A stretch of DNA of 64,000 bases from the NCBI GenBank assembly GCA_030747695.1, contig JASLKG010000005.1, positions 24,599 through 88,598 of the forward strand, read 5' to 3'. The first letter of the stretch is position 1. Each line of letters opens with the position of its first letter. This DNA comes from Candidatus Poseidoniaceae archaeon (lineage in GTDB: Archaea; Thermoplasmatota; Poseidoniia; Poseidoniales; Poseidoniaceae). A program made the position numbers and the translations under genes. Under the pieces are notes generated by a model. The model worked only from the letters and a program-made list of their open reading frames with translations. It was not told the origin of the DNA and did no database searches. Shown here one piece after another: positions 59,227 to 64,000 of the stretch.

Positions 59227-61524
59227 TCAATTATTTTCAAATTCATAGATAATATCTCGAATCATTGCAGCCCTCTCAAAGTCTAATTCGATTGCAGCTT
59301 GAGCCATTATTTCTTTTAATTCTTCAATTGAATAATTTAATTTTTCAATTGGTTGTGAAATATTGCTTGTAACATCGTTATGTGAAGACCATTGTCCTGC
59401 CCCAATTCCTAGGCTCGAGACCCAATCTCTTGTTTTCCTACCACCTTTCGAGCTAACTAGACGTTTGCCACCAGAAGTTCCTGTGATAAGGTCTTCAACA
59501 TCACTTCCCATTACTGGTAATGCTTTGCTTATTGTCATAGGAGTAATCTTATTTGCATCATTGTGTGCTTTTTGTCTTTTGCGCCTTTCTAATGTTTGCT
59601 GGATTGCAGCACCCATTTGGGGACTCATTCCATCGGCATAAAGTATTACAGTTCCATCAGAATTTCTTGCAGCTCTTCCAATAGTTTGTAGTAAACTCCT
59701 TTCGTTTCGTAGAAATCCTTGTCTGTCAGCATCGAATATCGCAACAAGGCTAACTTCTGGAATATCTAATCCTTCACGCAACAAATTTATTCCAACAATT
59801 ACATCGATATGCCCAATTCTTAGGGCATTAATAATTTCAGTACGTTCAATTGTATCAATTTCGGAATGTAGATAGTGTGCTTTCACGCCCATTTTATTCA
59901 AATATTCAGCAACTTCTTCTGCAAATTTGATTGTAAGTACTGTTACAAGTGTCCTTTCATTTTTTACAATTCGTTCGTTAATTTTCGATAGTAAATCGGT
60001 CATCTGTCCATCAGTACCTTTGACTTCAATATTAGGATCTAGTAATCCTGTAGGGCGAATTTCCATTCGAGGAATACCCTCTATTGATTGTAACATTTCA
60101 TACATAGTTTCAGCTTCTAAATGTTTTTTGCTGAATTCTGGAACATTCACTCCCCCTCCGCCAGGGAAATGCCTGAGCCCGAGTGGAGCCTCTTGGTTTG
60201 TAGTTTCACATAGGTGCAAAAGTTCCCTCTCACCAGGAGTGGCTGAAACATAAACCATCTGAGGAACTAATTTTTGAAATTCATTTATTTTTAGTGGACG
60301 ATTATCTGCCGCAGATGGTAACCGGAATCCATGTTCTATCAAATTTAATTTTCTCGACCTATCTCCTGAATACATCCCCCCAACTTGTGGTAAAGTGACG
60401 TGTGATTCATCCATAATTACTAGGAATTTTTTAGGATCACCGTGAAATTGCTTTGCAGCTGCTGCAAAAAAATCTAGCAGACAATATGGGCGCTCACCAT
60501 ATTCTCTTCCATCAAAATGCATTGAATAATTTTCAACAGCAGTACAATGGCCAATTTCTCTTAACATTTCCAGATCATAGCGAGTACGTTGTTCAAGTCT
60601 GTGGGCTTCTAATTCCTTCCCTTCACTTTTCAGGGATGCTAATTGACCATCAAGTTCAGTTTCAATGCTTTCAAGAGAAGCCTCAAACCTTTCATTTGAA
60701 ACCATAAAAAATTCTTTTGGGTGTATCCATGCTTCTTCTAATTCATCCAATATCTCCCATGTAACAGGGTCGCAAATTTGAATATGTTCTACCCCTCCAA
60801 ATCCAAACCTAATCCGAAGCGGATCGTCTCTACTTGGCATCCAAACATCAAGATTCTCTCCTCTAATTCTTACATTGCCTCTACTTAGATTGCTAGTTGT
60901 GCGATGGTATTGCAATCCCACTAATTCACGAATCAAATCAATTGGTTCAATTTCTTGACCGACATGTATTCGGCAGTGATTTGAAAGAAATGTTTCAGGT
61001 GCATTTAGTCCATAGATGCAGGATACAGAAGATACCACTATGCAATCAGGTCTGCTAACCAAACTAGCGACAGTAGCAAACCTTTCTTGTTCTATTCTTT
61101 CATTTATTGAAAGTTCTTTATCAATGTATAAATCACGCTTTGGTAGATATGCTTCTGGCTGATAATAATCATAATGAGAAACAAAATATTCAACGCCATT
61201 ATCAGGAAACAAATTTGACATTTCTTGGTATAATTGTCTTGCTAATGTTTTGTTATGGCTCATTATGAGAGTTGGCATATTAAGCCGTTCAATCAAGTGA
61301 GCCATTGCGAATGTTTTACCAGATCCAGTAACTCCTAATAGCACGCATCTTTCTTGTTTATTTTTCAATTGAAAAATTAAATCTTCAATTGCATTTTCTT
61401 GATCTCCAGCAGGCAAGTGTTCAGAATGTATTTTAAAACGTGAATTTTCTGGAGAAAGCTTCTCGATAGCAGCTCCTTCCAGCGCTTTGGTAATATCAAA
61501 TGGATCACTCATTATATCCCTCAT
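59227..61524 (-). CDS. uvrB: Excinuclease ABC subunit B
   Basis: GVTGSGKT, YDYYQPEAY, DESH, GINLLREGLD, C-terminal LDFERAAMIRD. Confidence 0.97.
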   Translation of the reverse strand: MRDIMSDPFDITKALEGAAIEKLSPENSRFKIHSEHLPAGDQENAIEDLIFQLKNKQERCVLLGVTGSGKTFAMAHLIERLNMPTLIMSHNKTLARQLYQEMSNLFPDNGVEYFVSHYDYYQPEAYLPKRDLYIDKELSINERIEQERFATVASLVSRPDCIVVSSVSCIYGLNAPETFLSNHCRIHVGQEIEPIDLIRELVGLQYHRTTSNLSRGNVRIRGENLDVWMPSRDDPLRIRFGFGGVEHIQICDPVTWEILDELEEAWIHPKEFFMVSNERFEASLESIETELDGQLASLKSEGKELEAHRLEQRTRYDLEMLREIGHCTAVENYSMHFDGREYGERPYCLLDFFAAAAKQFHGDPKKFLVIMDESHVTLPQVGGMYSGDRSRKLNLIEHGFRLPSAADNRPLKINEFQKLVPQMVYVSATPGERELLHLCETTNQEAPLGLRHFPGGGGVNVPEFSKKHLEAETMYEMLQSIEGIPRMEIRPTGLLDPNIEVKGTDGQMTDLLSKINERIVKNERTLVTVLTIKFAEEVAEYLNKMGVKAHYLHSEIDTIERTEIINALRIGHIDVIVGINLLREGLDIPEVSLVAIFDADRQGFLRNERSLLQTIGRAARNSDGTVILYADGMSPQMGAAIQQTLERRKRQKAHNDANKITPMTISKALPVMGSDVEDLITGTSGGKRLVSSKGGRKTRDWVSSLGIGAGQWSSHNDVTSNISQPIEKLNYSIEELKEIMAQAAIELDFERAAMIRDIIYEFENN

Positions 61525-62246
61525 GGAAGGTATAGGCCGCCATTTACATGAATTACAGCACCAGTAATGTATGATGAATCATTACTAGCTAAGAATGCAA
61601 CAGTTCCAGCGATATCTTCAGGGGTGCCAATTCTTTTTAGAGGAACCTCTTGTTCTCTACTAGTTCTTTTTTCAGCACTATCTCCTGCTAAGATATCAGT
61701 GGCAACAAATCCAGGAGCTATGACATTTACTCGCTGCCCCTTTGGAGCAACAGATTGTGCAAGGGAGCGTGCCCATGTTGCGAGAGCGGCTTTAGACGCC
61801 GAATAATCAGCTCCATGTGGTGACCCGCGTGTCCCTAATTGACTCCCAATCACACAAATTCTAGCATCATCTTCTAGGTGTTTTTGTACTGCTTTCCATA
61901 CTAGAAAGGCTCCTTCAAAATTAGTTGCCATAGTCCTTCTAAGGTGATCAATTTCTAGATTTTCAGCTAGTACACGATCATAGCGTCCATGATTCAGAAC
62001 GAGGACATCGATTCCATTTGCAATCCATGGGTGGGTTGCTAACAAAGCTACTTCTCTAATATCAGTAACATCACAATTTACAGCAACAGCATCAATATTT
62101 GTATTTCTGATGTCATCTACTACCATTTCTGCTTGTTTGCCAGAATTGCAGTATGTTAGAATTATCCGGTAACCTTCAGAAGCAAGCCTACGACTTACTG
62201 CGGCACCAATCCCTCTTCCCCCGCCAGTAATCAGAGCAGTGCGCAT
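61521..62246 (-). CDS. Short-chain dehydrogenase/reductase (FabG-like)
   Basis: TGGGRGIG, YSASK, VNVIAPG, YITGAVIHVNGG. Confidence 0.93.
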   Translation of the reverse strand: MRTALITGGGRGIGAAVSRRLASEGYRIILTYCNSGKQAEMVVDDIRNTNIDAVAVNCDVTDIREVALLATHPWIANGIDVLVLNHGRYDRVLAENLEIDHLRRTMATNFEGAFLVWKAVQKHLEDDARICVIGSQLGTRGSPHGADYSASKAALATWARSLAQSVAPKGQRVNVIAPGFVATDILAGDSAEKRTSREQEVPLKRIGTPEDIAGTVAFLASNDSSYITGAVIHVNGGLYLP

Positions 62247-62276
62247 GTTGTGCGTATGGGGGTTACCATGATGAAC

Positions 62277-62654
62277 TCACTGGAGAAATTGAGCAAGTTG
62301 AGGAGGAGTCCACCCTTCTGGTTTGAGCACTTTCCCATCATCTCTTCTGAGTACTTTCCCATCAACTAGTTTGGCCATATTTGAACGATGAACTTCATCA
62401 AAAGCAGCATCATAAATTTCTTGCATTCCATGATTAATAATGGTACCAGCTAGTATGTAGCCAATATCTGCTAGTGCATCTAAAACCTCAACAAGATCTC
62501 CTGACCTTGCAGCTTCAGCATATTCTTGAACTTCTTCGGTAAGTAATTTTATTCGTAACTCAATCATTTCATTTGGACCTAATCCTGGAGTATCCAATTT
62601 TGGAATTTCAAAAGCTTCGTTAAACTCGAGTAAACTTCTAACTATGGGGTTCAT
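62277..62654 (-). CDS. MazG-like all-alpha NTP pyrophosphohydrolase (DR2231/PRA-PH-like)
   Basis: EEVQEY, DALADIGY, EVHRSNMAK, DGKVLKP. Confidence 0.88.
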   Translation of the reverse strand: MNPIVRSLLEFNEAFEIPKLDTPGLGPNEMIELRIKLLTEEVQEYAEAARSGDLVEVLDALADIGYILAGTIINHGMQEIYDAAFDEVHRSNMAKLVDGKVLRRDDGKVLKPEGWTPPQLAQFLQ

Positions 62655-62725
62655 ATTCTAGGGTGAATCGTTAAGGCACATCAACATTCCATAAGCATGA
62701 AATCACTTTTTCTTTGACAAGTAGT

Positions 62726-63646
62726 TTAATCCTCCAACATCATGCTGGTAGGTTCAAACGCAAAGCCGAGTATTAGCGATACAAAAAGAATCCATCCTGT
62801 AGACATCGAAATACGGAATAAAGCCGTTTGAAAGTTTCCAAATTTATCTCGTGCAAGAATTACCCAGATATTCAATAGGGCCATAATTCCCGATGCAGCA
62901 AGAAACCAAATTCCATCTATGGGATTTGAAATGGCAAAGCAAGCAAACCAAACTAAAGTTAGTTGAACTGAAGTCCGCGTGGTGGTCGTCTCATCAAATC
63001 TGGCTGGAAATGAATGGATTCCATTTTTTCTATCGCTTTCAATATCCATTCTAGCATAATTTATGTCAAATACTGTAATCCATAAAGCAACTCCAAGTGA
63101 TATAAAGAAAATTGTTGGGTACCACATGATGTCGGTATAAGCATCAAATAATCCAGTAATTGCAACCCATCCGTGAACATCTCCCGCAATGGCCAACCAT
63201 GCTCCTGCGGGGGCAAGTCCTAAACAGAGTCCAAGCCACAAATGACAAAGCCAAGTGTAACGCTTTGTGTAAGGGTAAATTATGAACACTACGACAGGTA
63301 ACCATGCCATCATAAGTACCACGTGATTGAGTAAGCCAGCCCCAAGCAATAACATCACGAGGAATCCAGCAGATAGGAGCCATGCTGTTTGAAGACTCAT
63401 TTCTCCCGATGGAAGATGACGCCCCTGTGTTCGTGGGTTGGTTGCATCTATTTCCCGGTCAATGATTCGATTCAATGCCATAGCTAAGCCGCGAGCTCCA
63501 ACTGCAGCTAGAAGAATCCAAAGCAGGTCAAGGCCAGGAGAGATGTTGAAATCCTTAAGCGCGATGAAATAGCCTATGAGAACAAACGGGAGAGAAAATA
63601 ATGTGTGTTCAATTTTTACAAATGTTGCTATTTGTTTGAAATTCAT
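62726..63646 (-). CDS. ubiA: UbiA family prenyltransferase (MqnP-like)
   Basis: KIEHTLFSLPF, NRIIDREIDATNPRT..R.LP, YPYTKR, FDINYA..D...D. Confidence 0.88.
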   Translation of the reverse strand: MNFKQIATFVKIEHTLFSLPFVLIGYFIALKDFNISPGLDLLWILLAAVGARGLAMALNRIIDREIDATNPRTQGRHLPSGEMSLQTAWLLSAGFLVMLLLGAGLLNHVVLMMAWLPVVVFIIYPYTKRYTWLCHLWLGLCLGLAPAGAWLAIAGDVHGWVAITGLFDAYTDIMWYPTIFFISLGVALWITVFDINYARMDIESDRKNGIHSFPARFDETTTTRTSVQLTLVWFACFAISNPIDGIWFLAASGIMALLNIWVILARDKFGNFQTALFRISMSTGWILFVSLILGFAFEPTSMMLED

Positions 63647-64000
63647 CTACATCACCAAATTATTTGGCCAAGGGGGTAAATTGAATCTTTCAATCGCTTC
63701 AAGTGTTGAAGGATCATGCATAGTTATCGCCGGCCATCTTCGGACTGGATTAGGCCCTTCATGACAAGGAATTGGTATTGTAGCATCCCAACAGATCCGA
63801 CCATCTTCGATAAATAAGTCGCGTTCAACAGCGAAACGTGATGTTAGTTGCCATAATAATCTACGTTTAGCACCTTTTCCATGTAGGTCAAGATCAGAAT
63901 CAGTAATAAATAACCATCGTAATTCCTTTTGAGAATCTAATTGCCAAATTGAATTTCGCAATTGCAATATTTGCTCTCTTTGTTTAGCAGCAGATTTTTC
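63647..64000 (-). CDS. C-terminal part of a probable UbiD family decarboxylase (5' end outside the window)
   Basis: Frame is open to the window edge; ITDSD...LLWQL...RDL...WDAT...RRWP pattern; abuts the UbiA gene. Confidence 0.65.
   Translation of the reverse strand, partial: EKSAAKQREQILQLRNSIWQLDSQKELRWLFITDSDLDLHGKGAKRRLLWQLTSRFAVERDLFIEDGRICWDATIPIPCHEGPNPVRRWPAITMHDPSTLEAIERFNLPPWPNNLVM

Overview
Gene-dense, moderately AT-rich archaeal chromosomal segment. The gene set (archaeal S8e/L24e/S28e/L7Ae, SRP19, aEF-1alpha, aIF5B, PolB, Gins51, Sec61beta, deoxyhypusine synthase, XerA) together with bacterial-type genes (uvrB, rimK, ilvE, A1-type heme-copper oxidase) and many acidic secreted or surface proteins (PKD, TSP3, BNR, PGF-CTERM) best fits Marine Group II Euryarchaeota (Ca. 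Poseidoniales). This assignment is inferred from gene content only. The window holds about 60 CDS and two tRNAs (Leu-CAA, Ile-GAT). I see no rRNA, CRISPR array, transposase or provirus. It is mostly core genome. The most notable leads are: a CoxI with an N-terminal exported CxCH/Reeler-like domain; a ParA + RHH-like + degenerate PIN-like trio with an upstream palindrome; a structured two-hairpin leader upstream of xerA; a RimK-RCK_C fusion alongside several proteins ending in -EEE, including an unannotated 26-aa ORF; a SAP-TM protein; and an AT-rich repeat-containing intergenic region at 55.2-55.4 kb. All family calls come from motif recognition by eye, not from database searches.
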